Source: Zootoca vivipara (Eukaryota). From it: DNA of 64,000 bases. The notes under the pieces are model-generated. The model was not told the DNA's origin, searched no databases, and saw only the letters and a list, made by a program, of their open reading frames with translations. The stretch lies in NCBI RefSeq assembly GCF_963506605.1, contig NC_083276.1, positions 82,646,001 through 82,710,000 on the forward strand, given 5' to 3'. Below are positions 12,710 through 26,400 of the stretch, piece by piece. The translations under genes were made by a program, and so were the position numbers. Every line of letters starts with the position of its first letter. The stretch's first letter is position 1.

Positions 12710-13429
12710 GCAGTCAGAGGAGACAGTCGATTACAATGCAGAATTAAAAACAACCTGTCATTGTACAAAAATAAGGAACAGTGTCAACAATAAGGGTTAT
12801 TTTCAAATACCGCAATGGGAAAAAAAAAAACACCCACAAACTAGATGTTAACATCTTAAGTTTCCTGAGGACTCACATTCTAAAAAATATAAAATAAGAT
12901 ACTTCACTCTGTAATTGGCACTCAGCAATTCAAGAAAGGAAATCTAGGAGGTGTGGTAAGTCAGCAGAAGAATGGTTCATTGGGGAAATAGTCCATAACT
13001 TGGGATGCAAGTTTTCTAGATTTAATAAAGTTTTACAGTCAGCACAAAACACATTTGTTTTCAGCATCTGTACAGAAATCTTGTGGGCTGATCTTTATTC
13101 ATTCACTTGCTTTTCTTATTCCAAGCAGCCCTGTCAACATCAGCATAGAATACTGTCACTCTGAAATCAGCCACTGAGACTGCCATAAACAATCTAGTAA
13201 TGCATGTATTTTTGAATGTCACTAGTGTTTCCTTGTTGCTGTGTGACCTCCCTTAATGCAACTATTGCCAGTGGTGTACTAAGGGTAGCCCCTACAGTGA
13301 TGATGGTTCTCTCTTTTAAAAAAGTTATTTACTCGAACAAGAGCATACACTTCAACAACATATAAGAAGAAATAAGCAAAGAAAAGCAACAGAACAGAAT
13401 GAAAACTAGAATCCAACATAGACATGCAG

Positions 13430-14290
13430 GCAAAGTACAATTTTGGGTCATTTTATTCATATTCCCTGGAAAATAATTATCATTACTGGTGATGGGGAGT
13501 TGTAACATTTTTAAAAATATATCTGTTTTATTTATAAATATCAGGATATTTTCCTTGAGGCTTTATGTTATTCTCACTTAAAGCTTAAAAACTACTAAGC
13601 ATTTGAAATCCTAGCGTATTATACTGGAGGTAGTTGCACATTGCTATCATCTTTAATATATAAAATAATTTTTTGCCATGTAGTTGAAAATGAATCTTGT
13701 TTTGTTCATCCTCTAGTGTACCTTAATTTTTCAGCATTTCCGAAGGACCAGTTTATTTCATTTTTCAGCACTATCTATGGACCAGATTGGACTAGGTCAC
13801 GAATCCTTATTTAATTCCTTTAAATATGTCCATTTTCTTGCAATAACCCACACAGGAGGTAGCAATAAGAGCAGATTCAATTCTTTATCAAAAACCATCT
13901 TCATTTGACCCATCCCATATCCGCAACAATACTAATGAAGAGATTAGTATCAGTTATTGCTTTGTTATTAAATTAATTCCTATGAACACCATCTCCCAAA
14001 AAGCTCCCCAAAAGAGGAAATACATGACTTTGGGTTTTTTACACCACCAGCATTTTGCAGACATACTGGGGTTAATGTATGATAAAATTACCAGTGTATA
14101 GTTCCACCTAAAGAATTTATTGAGTAGAGTCTTGAATCTTTACGGAGATTGATTTGGTAGATACCTTGTTCCTTATTCTTTCCTATTTAATGAGGTCAAT
14201 ATCATAACCCAAATATGTTGCCCAACATTTTTGTGATCCGGTTAGATCACCTGTTAGATCAATAAAAGAACAAATGATCAATGCTTTCCA
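13430..14290 (-). mobile_element. Degenerate L1-like ORF2 3' end/3' UTR fragment
   Basis: Minus strand is A-rich with a CWWCKK-like Cys-region remnant; many stops; approximate limits. Confidence 0.4.
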
Positions 14291-14771
14291 TCCAGTCTAA
14301 CAGCAATGATCACATGAGATGAGGGGCTTAGTGTTGGGCTGTGGAACATCGGAAGTTGCCTTATACCGAGTCAGATCACTGATCCATATAGCTCTACTGT
14401 GACAGATGATGGCAGACCTCTTCCAGCCCTACCTTTAGATGCCAAGGATTGAACCTGGGGCCTTCAAAATAGATGCTCAACCATGGAGCTATGTTCCTTA
14501 CCGTGTCCATATGCCCTGTTGCCTTTTAGAGGGGATCAACAATGTCAAGTCTGAAATACTGGATCAGCTGTTAGGCAGCAAATGGGGCTCTATACGGACA
14601 GCTATTGTCCCAAAGCCTCTTGTTTAAGTCATCAGGGCCAAAGTGATTCCAGTTCAATGCACACTGAATTGGGAATAAGGCCTATTACTGACCCAGCAGA
14701 ACTTAATTCTGAATAAGCATTGGATTGGGCTGGACAACTGGAGGCAACCAAGCCCAGTCTCATGACCACCT

Positions 14772-14913
14772 CAACCATGGATGAGGAACCTGTAGCTCTC
14801 CAGATATTGTTGGACTCCAACTCCCATCACCCACAGCCACTATGGACAATGGTTAGGAGTGCTGGGAGTTGTAGTCCAACAACATCTGGAGAGCCACAGT
14901 TTCCCCGTCCTTG
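14772..14913. mobile_element. Diverged hAT MITE related to the 136-bp family
   Basis: Internal CTCCAGATATTGTTGGACTCCAACTCCCA ... GGGAGTTGTAGTCCAACAACATCTGGAG palindrome. Confidence 0.6.
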
Positions 14914-15152
14914 ACCTAATCAAGCCATTCAGCATCTTTGTACAACCTTCTCACCATGGTCAGAAAGGAAAGGACACATTTTTAAATGTGGTTTTGATTA
15001 TCCTCTTTTTGGCACATATCAAGAACCTGCAGTAGCGGAAACATTAGAGAACTGTGTGAAGTTTTTATCTGCCAATCAGTGACATTGCCAATATGGGCAG
15101 AGAGACTCAAAATATCTCTTTTCTTGCAGCTCCTCAGCACCTTAGTTGCCTC

Positions 15153-15578
15153 TTACTATTGAAAGACCTACACTGGTTTCCAGTACGTTTCCGAGCACAA
15201 TTCAAAGTGTTAGTGCTGACCTTTAAAGCCCTAAACGGCCTCGGTCCAGTATACCTGAAGGAGCATCTCCACCCCCATCGTTCTGCCCAGACACTGAGGT
15301 CCAGCGCTGAGGGCCTTCTGGCAGTTCCCTCGTTGCGAGAAGCCAAGTTGCAGGGAACCAGGCAGATGGCCTTCTCGGTAATGGCACCCTACCTGTGGAA
15401 CGCCCTCGCACCAGATGTCAAAGAGAAAAACAACTACCAGACTTTTAGAAGACATCTGAAGGCAACCCTGTTTAGGGAAGCTTTTAATGTTTAATAGATT
15501 ATTGTATTTTAATATTCTGTTGGAAGCCGCCAGGAGCGACTGGGGAAACCCAGCCAGATGGGCGGGATATAAATAATA

Positions 15579-15609
<31 letters not shown>
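15153..15609 (+). mobile_element. L2 LINE 3' end
   Basis: LHWFPVRFRAQFKVLVLTFKALNGLGPVYL...AFSVMAPYLWNAL...FRRHLKATLF is the typical L2 ORF2 C-terminus, followed by a 3' UTR and (ATT)n tail. Confidence 0.85.
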
Positions 15610-15611
<2 letters not shown>

Positions 15612-16949
15612 TGATTTGAACTTCTCTTTTTTAAACTTACCCTTGTTGCCCTCACAATTTGCATTTAGTTTACCACTGAACACTCATGCCTGAAATAAAA
15701 GACCTGGAATCTTACAATATGTTAACCATGCGATTATTCCAGTTGCCTCAGGATAAAGGAAAAGAACTCACAAACATTTACCCCTTCCCATATGTTCTGG
15801 ACCCATCATGACTTTGCCAGAGAGGGGGTGTAATGTCACATCAAAATAAAATAGAATTTTTAAAATGGCACTTTGGGGAGTGTTTTAAGAATAAATAAGG
15901 AAGTACTGTATGTACCTCGATGCAGCATCAAAGAAAGAAAGAAATGAACCAGCTGGAAATCCCAATCAACATTTTCTTTAGTGCAATAATAATCAGTGAT
16001 CTGTACGCTTCATTACTGTATCTCGCCATTCTTACCTGGGTGGTCTTGACTGAGGAGTGTCCTTTAAGGGCACTGCTGGGCTGTTGCTATCTTCAGGTGG
16101 GATTCAATCACATGCCAGCAAATTCAGGTTATGCAATTAAAGTTCGTAAACAACAAACCCAATCCCACTCCCCAAATGCAGACTTCTGTGATAAAATGTG
16201 CTAGAAAGGATGTGATAATGTTTGCTTGATGCAATGTGATGACATGTGCTTCATGCACCCCATGATGCAATGTGCTTCATGCACCCCATGAAGAAATCAG
16301 CATGATTGTTCCATAGAAGGCCAGTGTTGTGTAACTTTCCTGCAAAATTTGTGCATACAATAAACTGGTCCTCTGGAAGAGATCCTATTTCACTATCTGC
16401 CACCACTGACAAAGTTTCCTTTATACCTTCTGTTACCAAAGTCCCTGCATCTCTCTACCAAGTTTATCTAATCTTTGATTCACTGAACTGCTCTGCAATT
16501 CCACCAGCTGACATCTGTCCAAGTGCTGGTGACTTAGCCCAAATTCCTCTCTTGAAAGCAAAAGACCGGCTGAAGCTATTGACTCGATATATTTATCTCG
16601 AATCACTGCTGCTTCTACAAACTCTTTGGGAAGGTTGCCACTCCTCTCCTTTTTCTGAACTGAAATATTTGCATGTGATAATGTTCCGCAATAGCACATC
16701 GTCGTCATCAATTTAGTTAATAAGCTCTCAAAAGAATATAGACGTTTCCCAATAGAAAAAAGTTCACAAAGAGGCAATGCAAAACTTTCTTTTAAGATAC
16801 AGGACAGAAATGTCAATCAAGGTTTTGTTTTTTCTATCAATATCCCTTTTTCATTGAGAAGGGGCGTTTACAGGTTCTCCCTTTAGAAGTTAGAAGAGAA
16901 ACTCCAGAGTTTGGTTCTCTGGTGCTGCTCTGGTGTTTAAAATCAAAGC

Positions 16950-17560
16950 AACATGTGACATGATGGAAATTTATAAAATGCTGCATGGCATGGAGAAAGT
17001 GGATGGAGAAAGCTTTTCCTCCCTCTCTTCTAACACTAGAACTCATGCGCAACCAATGAAGCTGAATGTTCGAAAATTCAGCACAGATAAGAGAATGTGC
17101 CTGTTTAGACGGTGCAGAGTTAAACTTTGGAACCCACAGGATGCAGTGATGGCCATCAATCTGAATACAGTGGTGCCTCGCTTAACGAATGCCCTGCTTA
17201 ACGAAATTTCCGCTTAACGAAAGGTTTTTTCTAGTGGAGGTTGCCTCGCTAGACGAATTCGTTTTATGAAAAAATCGTATAGCGAATCGTGGTTTCCCAT
17301 AGGAATGCATTGAAATTCAATTAATGCGTTCCTATGGGCAAAAAAAAAAAATTCAATGCATTCCTATGGGATTCGCTGGACGAATTTTTCGTTATAAGAA
17401 AAGACCCGTGGAACGAATTAAATTCGTCTAGCGAGGCACCACTGTAGCTTCAAAAGAGGATTAGGTAAATTTATGGAGGATGTGACTATCAATGGCTACT
17501 AGCCACGATGGCTATGTTCCTGCTCCACAGTCAGAGGCAGTATGCCTTTGAATACCAATA
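16950..17560 (+). mobile_element. CR1 LINE 3' fragment, split by a MITE
   Basis: DMMEIYKMLHGMEKVD..NTRTHAQPMKL..RVKLWN is CR1 ORF2 C-terminus-like; the sequence resumes after the MITE. Confidence 0.75.
17168..17444. mobile_element. Tc1/mariner (pogo/Tigger-like) MITE
   Basis: TA|CAGTGGTGCCTCGC ... GCGAGGCACCACTG|TA nested in the CR1 fragment. Confidence 0.88.
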
Positions 17561-17648
17561 ACTTGGTTTTACTATGTTTTTATATGTACTGTAAGCCACC
17601 CAGAGTGGCTGGGGAAATCCAGCCAGATGGGTGGGGTATTAATAATAA

Positions 17649-17683
<35 letters not shown>

Positions 17684-17968
17684 AGCACAGTTCTGTTGCA
17701 CTTGTGCCCTGTTTGCAGGCTTCCTATATGCATCTGCTTGACCAATATGACTACTAATTTGGGCTTATAGAACCCACAGCAATACAGAAAGGACGTCATT
17801 TCTCTCCCAAACCTGGTAGAGGAGTTGAGTGAGAACACACATTGAATCATATCTCAAATGTGTGTAGAAGTTTTCCTTCTGGTATTTCAGTACCTAATGG
17901 AGTTATCCCCTTACAAATGAACACATTTATAGACAGTACGCCAAAGTAGCAAGTGAAAACCAAGGTAT

Positions 17969-17999
<31 letters not shown>

Positions 18000-18782
18000 T
18001 TGGTTCATTCATTCAGTCATTCATAGCATTTTTATCCTGCTCTTCAACCAGAAAAGGCTCCCAGAGCAGCTTACAAATGTCAGTGATAAGACAGTCTTGC
18101 CCTCAAGTTTACAATCTAAAACACGTAACACAAAAGGGATTGGAAGTAGGGGACAAATTCAGGCACTGTTTCTTAATTACGGAGTTCTTGTAAACACCAG
18201 CTGGAATGAAAAGAGTTCAAGGAAAGGAGCATCCCAGTTGTGTTGGTCTTGCAGAATGCACCGGTGGGGGGGGGGGCACCAGAGTTAGTGGAATGAACTG
18301 GCACAGAGTATGGTGACATTTTGAATGGCTCACCAAAACAGATCTGGTTCCTTCCATCACTCCACTAATTTTCTTCTTCATTATTTCATAGTACAGTGGT
18401 GAGAAACCATCAGGACCTCCTTCTTGCTCCCATCCTGCACCTCAGTTAGGTTTGGAGAAAATCTGCTATTGGAGGCAATAGGATGCTTTTTCCCCAAACC
18501 TAAACGCAGCGCAGGGAGACATTTTTATAGGGGCTGCTGCTGAGGGAAGAATTAGAGCTTTTTCAATGGTGGGTGAGAGACAGACAGACAGACAAGACAG
18601 ACAAAGAAAGTCACTTGTGCACCATCTACAACCATTCCCGGACAGGGCTAGTCTTGCCAGGATGGCCCATGAATTGGTAACCTCATGATTAGACTACCCG
18701 TGTGCCTGGTTCAGAAGCTGCAACTAGTTCAAAGTGCAGCTACCAAGGTACTGAGTCACATAGTTGTTCACACATTACACCA

Positions 18783-19253
18783 TGTCAGGAACATTCCTTC
18801 CCAAAGTGACAGCGAGGGCTCCGAGGACCAAGGGGGGTGGCAGGCAGAAAGAGACAGACTTGTTTTCTTCCCATGTGGAGAGTGAGGCGAGTCCCTCCCG
18901 TCCTGGAATGCATGTCATAAATTCCCAAGACAGCGTAAGGCAGGCAGAGGGGCCGGAGCTCTCAGACACATTCTCAGGGGAGGAGGGGCAAACTGGACAA
19001 GCTGCCCCTCTGTACTACGAGGAGGAGTAGAGTCCAGGCTTGGTGTCAGGCCAACAGAAGGAGGGGAAACTGATGGAGGATATCCTGTTGGCGAAGAGCC
19101 TACCCTTCAGTAGGCTCAACTGACCCATCTAGTGAGGAAGATTGAGCTGTGTGCTCTGACCGAAACTACTGTGTAAATACCAATAAATCAGATTGTTCTA
19201 AAACTGCCAGCTTGCCGTCTCTTGGTGTGAGAGGGAGATCGTAAATCCTGACA
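18783..19253 (+). mobile_element. Solo LTR (Gypsy-like)
   Basis: TGTCAGGA ... TCCTGACA inverted ends, AATAAA at about 19183, 5-bp flanks CACCA/CACGA. Confidence 0.7.
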
Positions 19254-19449
19254 CACGAGAGCTAAAAAATCTGCACCAAACTACTACAAACTCATCCACA
19301 CATCCCCTTGCCCCATGCCTAGAAAGCATGGATCCAAGCAGTTTTTTCGCTTGCCCTGTGCTTTCGGGGCATGGGTCCAAGTGGTTTTGCCCCACTGGAT
19401 TTCTATGCACCTTATTTAACTAAATTAATGACTTAAATAATGCTAAAAT

Positions 19450-20406
19450 TCAAATTTTTGCTTTCTCGCTTGAAGTCACTTTCCTCCTCCATAGTTTTCT
19501 CATGGCATTCTTCATCTCCGCATTTCGTAATGTGTAGATCAATGGGTTGAGCATCGGGGTGATCAGGGTGTAAAACACAGCCACCGACTTGTCTTCTGCG
19601 AAGTCACTGGAAGGACGTATGTACATAAAGGTGCATGGCCCAAAAAATAAAATGACCACCAAGATGTGGGAAGCGCAGGTAGACAGAGCCTTCTGGCGCC
19701 CTTCGGAAGAGCGAGACCTCAAGGAGACCAGGATGACAATGTAGGAGACAAGCAGGATGATGAAGCAGCCCAGGGCAATCATCCCACTATTAGCCACCAC
19801 GATGATGCCAATAAGGTAGGTGTCTGTGCAAGCCAGTTTCAGTAAAGGGTGGACATCACAGAAATAGTGGTCAATTTCATTGGGTCCACAAAAGGTGACC
19901 TGAGTGACGGATAGGGTCTGCACCAATGAATGCATGAGCCCTCCAACCCATGAGGCTGCTATCATCTGCCCACAAACCCGCTTGGTCATAATGGTGGTAT
20001 AGTGGAGAGGTTTGCAGATTGCGATGTACCGGTCGTACGCCATCACTGTGAGGATGAAGATTTCTGTGCAGCCAAAGAAATGGACCCCAAAGAGCTGCGC
20101 TATGCAGCCAATGAAAGAAATGGTTTTCTTTTCATCAAGGAAGTCTATAATCATCTTGGGGGCCGTGACAGAGGAGTAGCAGATGTCTACAAAAGATAAG
20201 TAGCTGAGGAAAAAATACATGGGAGAATTCAAGCGGGAGCTGAAGAGGATGGTGACTGTGATCAGGGAGTTTCCCAGCACAATGGCTAAATAGAAGAACA
20301 GAAAAACCACAAAGCAAATTTTCTCCAGCTCCTCATTTTGGGTGAGGCCGAAAAAGATAAACTCTGTCACATTGTTTATGTTCTCAGCTGGAGATTTGAG
20401 ATCCAT
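19450..20406 (-). CDS. Olfactory receptor, class II OR4 family-like (318 aa, intact)
   Basis: All OR signature motifs; close paralogue of 4354-5292; acceptor TTCTGCAG|GTGAT at 20418/20417. Confidence 0.96.
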   Translation of the reverse strand: MDLKSPAENINNVTEFIFFGLTQNEELEKICFVVFLFFYLAIVLGNSLITVTILFSSRLNSPMYFFLSYLSFVDICYSSVTAPKMIIDFLDEKKTISFIGCIAQLFGVHFFGCTEIFILTVMAYDRYIAICKPLHYTTIMTKRVCGQMIAASWVGGLMHSLVQTLSVTQVTFCGPNEIDHYFCDVHPLLKLACTDTYLIGIIVVANSGMIALGCFIILLVSYIVILVSLRSRSSEGRQKALSTCASHILVVILFFGPCTFMYIRPSSDFAEDKSVAVFYTLITPMLNPLIYTLRNAEMKNAMRKLWRRKVTSSEKAKI

Positions 20407-20556
20407 ATCTAGATCACCTGCAGAAACAAGGAATGAAGATGCTCAGAAACTGGCATATCTTTTTCGGGATTCACCCCTGGTTTTATGACAATCAGAGCCA
20501 GGAAGGAAGCCTTGCCATGCAACTCCATATTAAAGGGATGGGGAATCTGTCACCCT

Positions 20557-20646
20557 CATAGCTGCCAAGTTTTCCCTTTTCTCGCGAGGAAGCCTATTCA
20601 GCATAAGGGAAAATCCCTTTTAAAAAGGGATAACTTGGCAGCTATG
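20557..20646. mobile_element. hAT 90-bp mini element
   Basis: CATAGCTGCCAAGTT ... AACTTGGCAGCTATG; TSD GTCACCCT. Confidence 0.9.
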
Positions 20647-21767
20647 GTCACCCTCTGTTGGATTCCAACTCCCAACCAGCACGGACATCCCTCAATGGCA
20701 GTTTTGCATAAATTAGTTGACTAGGGTTGTTGTTTTTAAAGGAAAGAGGATTTAAATCAGCAGCTCCTTAACAGTTGCTGAGCTCAGGAAGGTATTTCAG
20801 CTGATTTTTCACTTTCTGAATAAGCAGCTGATTTAAATCCCCTCTTTTCTTCTCTCTTTTTAAAGTTACCCATTAACTAATGTGTCTGTAATAGTCAGTT
20901 CTGCTCTTTGTTTATTTGCAGATCATACAGTTAGAGCAGAAATCCTCAAATGCAGCCTGCTGCCTTACGTTTACAGTATTCTTTACTAAAGTGAAATAAA
21001 GAGGCAATGGGAAAGAAATGGGCTTGTCCACACTGTAGCAAAAAGTGGGTTTGCACCTGCCTGTCTTGCCATTAATACAGGAGGGCCCATATGCCCATCC
21101 CAGTGGTGCCCTGGAACTTCCCCCCAACCCTTTAAATAGGGGGGGAGCAGTCTTAGATGTTTTGGACTTTCCAAGAATAGAAAAACCCTATGTTTAGAGA
21201 GGGAAAAGGTCTGAGACAACACTGGTGTCTTGTGGATGCCCCTACATTAAGGGGAAGACAGGCAAGTGTAAATCCACATTATGTTCCAGGGTGGGCAAGC
21301 CTGAGGAGGAGGAGGGGAGAAAAGAACTGGGACAGAACCAGAGCAAGGCATCCACCACCCAATGACAGCACACATTACCTGGCTTTTTTGGGCTTTCCAC
21401 AGATTAAAAAAAACCTCTGCATTTAAGGTGGGGAAGATCCAAGGCAACAAATGGGAGGAAGAGGGCATCATGTGCACATACAAAAATTAATGAGGAAACA
21501 AAGCAGACAAATAGACATTTTTCTCTAGTGTGAACAAGCCCCTAGAATGCGCTGGTTTTAACCTGGGAAATTTTGCTGTGCTTTTATGCAACTTGGTGGT
21601 GCAGCTGGAAAATTTTAGACACTGAACTTAATGGGCTTCATGGAAGGGAGGGGATCCTTTCGCTAGTGACATTTATTACTTCACTTTCAAAGCACACAAT
21701 TAACATTTTTCTTTCCTCTACCTCCACTATTGTCATTCCATGCTTTACAGCTGCTTCTACATTCCTG

Positions 21768-21771
<4 letters not shown>

Positions 21772-21820
<49 letters not shown>
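21772..21820. repeat. (GA)n microsatellite
   Basis: Pure GA run. Confidence 0.95.
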
Positions 21821-21821
<1 letters not shown>

Positions 21822-21939
21822 AAAATGTTTGCCCATCTGAGAACAGCAACAAAAAGACTCTGCACACACGTCATTTCACATTTTGAAAACTCAGCTAAAT
21901 CATAGCACCATCATGACATTGTGCCATTAGGAATAAAGT

Positions 21940-22960
21940 GATGTTTACTTACTGCTGCAAAACATATAGGACTTCTCCAAACTGGAACAAAACGTGGTCC
22001 CCATCCCAGAGTTCTTCATGACCTTCCCCACTTTAAAGGTTGGCTTTTTCTGATTCAAACTTTCCAAGGATTCAAAAGCCCCACATTAGGTAAAGCTAAT
22101 CTTATAGCATGTTCCCTTATATTATTAAGACTTGTTTGAATAAATAATAAATCTGTTGTGCATTTGGGAATCTAAGAGATGTTGGAAAGAGAAACTGGGT
22201 TGAACAGAAAGATTACCAAACAAAGAGTGCACACACAAAGTCCCTTTTTCTCCCTTTGAATGTCTTAAAACAACAGCCAAAGTTAAGCACTTTTAAGTAT
22301 CATTGATTACAATGGGGTTATTTAGGAACTTGTCCACATATATATACATATATACACACACAGCATAAAAAGAGAACGCATCCCTTCTGCAACAGGTATA
22401 TACCTTGCTTGTATTTGCAGCTGTTGATAGCCTTGTGTGGTTCTTTCAAGGTTTCCTTTGGAGTTTCTCACTATCTTGACCTAATGAGTTGAAAGCAAAA
22501 AACATCTAGAGGATATGAAGCCTGCTGCAGAGCCATTCACTTTTATGGCACTGGATGGTGAATGGGCAAAAGAATGTAGAATTCTCTCATGCACCTTCAT
22601 TCAAAAGAGTAGTTCACAGTAAGGAGGACTCTTCTAAACTGAATTCCTTGCCGATTGATAAATTAGCTATTCTGTACCAAAAGGGTGACTGAGCATCTTC
22701 GATGATTATATGCAGTCATGAAAAGGCATAATGGTATCTCAACTTCCCTCTTTTGGGTGCTGGGAGGGGTTGCGTGGAGATGTTCCTTAGCCTTCGTGTG
22801 ACCCTATATCAAATCTACCCACTTTGAATCTTTGGGGAGGTGGAGTGATAGGGCAGAGTGATGCAACTATCCAATTTGCAGAGTATGACGTGAAACACTG
22901 AGTCTGAAGCTAACAAGATATCCTAAACCTGGATAATAAGATCCCAGGGGCCACGAGAAG
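21940..22960 (-). promoter_or_regulatory. Putative 5' exon/promoter region of the OR at 19450-20406
   Basis: Minus-strand donor GCA|GTAAGTAA at about 21952; CTAATGAG at 22481; TAATAAG-A-TCCCAGGGGC at 22934-22951. Confidence 0.4.
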
Positions 22961-23453
22961 CGCAAGAGGGACACCAGCCAAAAAAGGACTAAACTTTGTG
23001 CATCACTTTTCAAAACTATTTGTAGCCTCAGGCTCTGATGCTCTCTTTAACTCCAGGTGCCCAGCCTTGAATGTGCTTGTGCAAAGTTATTCTATCAGTG
23101 TCCTTCCCGAAGCCAGGCCACAAAAAAATTCATGCGGTATAGATTCTATGTGCCTAACAGTTGTAAGTCAACTCCACACCATCCAACATTTCTCTGTTGA
23201 AAATAGGGATGTCAATGATCTTATTATTTATACCTTGTTCATCCGACTGGGTTGCCCCAGCCACTCTAAGTGGTTTCCAACATCTATTAAAAAAACATAA
23301 TAAAACATTAAACATTAAAAAGTTTTCCTATACAGGTCTGCCTTCAGATGTCTTCTAAAAGTTGTATAATTACTTATGTCCTTGGCTCGGGGGTCACCTA
23401 ACATAGCCGCCAACATTTCTCGGATAAAAATAGGGACATCCTAAGGAAAAAGC

Positions 23454-26400
23454 CCCCTTCATGGATCAATGCCTTGTCGTGGCGAAGGGGCTTGAATAAC
23501 TCAGAGAAGCTATGAGCTATGCCATGCAGGGCCACCCAAGATGGACAGGTCATAGTGGAGAGTTTTGACTAAACGTGATCCACCTGGAGAAGGAACTGGC
23601 AAGCCACTCCAGTATCCCTGCCAAGAAAACTCCATGGACAAAGACAACAGGCATATAAAAGTTATGACGCTGGAAGATGAGCCCCTCAGGTCGGAAGGCG
23701 TCCAACATGCTACTGAGGAAGAGCGGAGGACAAGTACAAGTAGATTCAGAGCTGATGAAGCGGCTGGGCCAAAGCCGAAAGGACGCTCAGTTGCGGATAT
23801 GCCTGGAAGCGAAAGGAAAGTCCGATGCTGTAAAGAAAAATATTGCATAGGAACCTGGAATGTAAGAACCATGAGTGGAGGTAAGCTGGATGTGGTCAAA
23901 AATGAGATGACAAGAATAAATATCAACATCCTGGGCATCAGTGAACTAAAATGGAAGGGAATGGGCGAATTCAGTTCGGGTGACTATCATATCTACTACT
24001 GTGGGCAAGAATCCTGCAGTAGAAATGGAGTGGCCCTCATAGTCAACAAAAGAGTGGCAAAAGCTGTAATGGGATGCAATCTCAAAAATGACAGAATGAT
24101 CTCGATACGAATCCAAGGCAGACCTTTTAACATCACAGTAATCCAAGTTTATGCACCAACTACCGGAGCTGAAGAAAGTGAAATTGACCAATTCTATGAA
24201 GACCTACAACACCTTCTAGAAATGACACCAAAGAAGGATGTTCTTCTCATTACAGGGGATTGGAATGCTAAAGTAGGGAATCAAGAGATAAAAGGAACAA
24301 CTGGCAAGTTTGGCCTGGGAGTTCAAAATGAAGCAGGGCAAAGGCTAATAGAGTTCTGTCAAGAGAACAAGCTGGTCATCACAAACACTCTCTTCCAACA
24401 ACACAAGAGACGACTCTACACATGGATATCACCAAATGGGCAGCATCGAAATCAGATTGATTATATTCTCTGCAGCCAAAGATGGAGAAGCTCTATACAG
24501 TCAGCAAAAACAAGACCTGGAGCTGACTGTAACTCAGATCATCAGCTTCTTATAGCAAAATTCCAGCTTAAACTGAAGAAAGTAGGAAAAACCACTGGGC
24601 CAGTAAGATACAATCTGAATCAAATCCCTTATGAATACACAGTGGAAGTGAGGAACAGGTTTAAGGACTTAGATTTGGTGGACAGAGTGCCTGAAGAACT
24701 ATGGATAGAGGCTCGTAACATTATACAGGAGGCAGCAACGAAAACCATCCCAAGGAAAAGGAAATGCAAGAAAGCAAAATGGCTGTCCAACGAGGCCTTA
24801 CAAATAGCGGAGGAGAGGAGGCAAGCAAAATGCAAGGGAGAAAGGGAAAGATACAGGAAACTGAATGCAGATTTCCAAAAAACAGCAAGGAGAGACAAGA
24901 GGGTCTTCTTAAATGAGCAATGCAAAGAAATAGAGGAAAACAATAGAATGGGGAAAACCAGAGATCTGTTCAAGAAAATTGGAGACATGAAAGGAACATT
25001 TCGTACAAAGATTACCATAATCAAGGACAAAAGTGGTAAGGACCTAACAGAAGCAGAAGACATCAAGAAGAGGTGGCAAGAATACACAGAGGAATTATAC
25101 CAGAAAGATAGGGAGGTCTCGTACACCCCAGGTAGTGTGGTTGCTGACCTTGAGCCAGACATCCTGGAGAGTGAAGTCAAATGGGCCGTAGAAAGCACTG
25201 CTAATAACAAGGCCAGTGGAAGTGATGATATTCCAGCTGAACTATTTAAAATTTTAAAAGATGATGCTGTTAAGGTGCTACACCCAATATGCCAGCAAGT
25301 TTGGAAAACTCAGCAATGGCCAGAGGATTGGAGAAGATCAGTCTACATCCCAATTCCAAAGAAGGGCAGTGCCAAAGAATGCTCCAACTACCGCACAATT
25401 GCGCTCATTTCACACGCTAGCAAGGTTATGCTTAAAATTCTACAAGGCAGGCTTAAGCAGTATGTGGACCGAGAACTCCCAGAAGTGCAAGCTGGATTTC
25501 GAAAGGGCAGAGGAACCAGAGACCAAATAGCAAACATGCGCTGGATTATGGAGAAAGCTAGAGAGTTCCAGAAAAACGTCTACTTCTGCTTCATTGACTA
25601 TGCAAAAGCCTTTGACTGTGTCGACCACAGCAAACTATGGCAAGTTCTTAAAGAAATGGGAGTGCCTGATCACCTCATCTGTCTCCTGAGAAATCTCTAT
25701 GTGGGACAAGAAGCTACAGTTAGAACTGGATATGGAACAACTGAGTGGTTCAAAATTGGGAAAGGAGTACGACAAGGTTGTATATTGTCTCCCTGCTTAT
25801 TTAACTTATATGCAGAATTCATCATGCGAAAGGCTGGACTAGATGAATCCCAAGCCGGAATTAAGATTGCCGGAAGAAATATCAACAACCTCAGATATGC
25901 AGATGACACAACCTTGATGGCAGAAAGCGATGAGGAATTAAAGAACCTTTTAATGAGGGTGAAAGAGGAGAGCGCAAAATATGGTCTGAAGCTCAACATC
26001 AAAAAAACCAAGATCATGGCCACTGGTCCCATCACCTCCTGGCAAATAGAAGGGGAAGAAATGGAGGCAGTGAGAGATTTCACCTTCTTGGGCTCCTTGA
26101 TCACTGCAGATGGTGACAGCAGTCACGAAATTAAAAGACGCCTGCTTCTTGGGAGAAAAGCAATGACAAACCTAGACAGCATCTTAAAAAGCAGAGACAT
26201 CACCTTGCCGACAAAGGTCCGTATAGTTAAAGCTATGGTTTTCCCAGTAGTGATGTATGGAAGTGAGAGCTGGACCATAAAGAAGGCTGAACGCCGAAGA
26301 ATTGATGCTTTTGAATTGTGGTGCTGGAGGAGACTCTTGAGAGTCCCATGGACTGCAAGAAGATCAAACCTATCCATTCTTAAGGAAATCAGCCCTGAGT

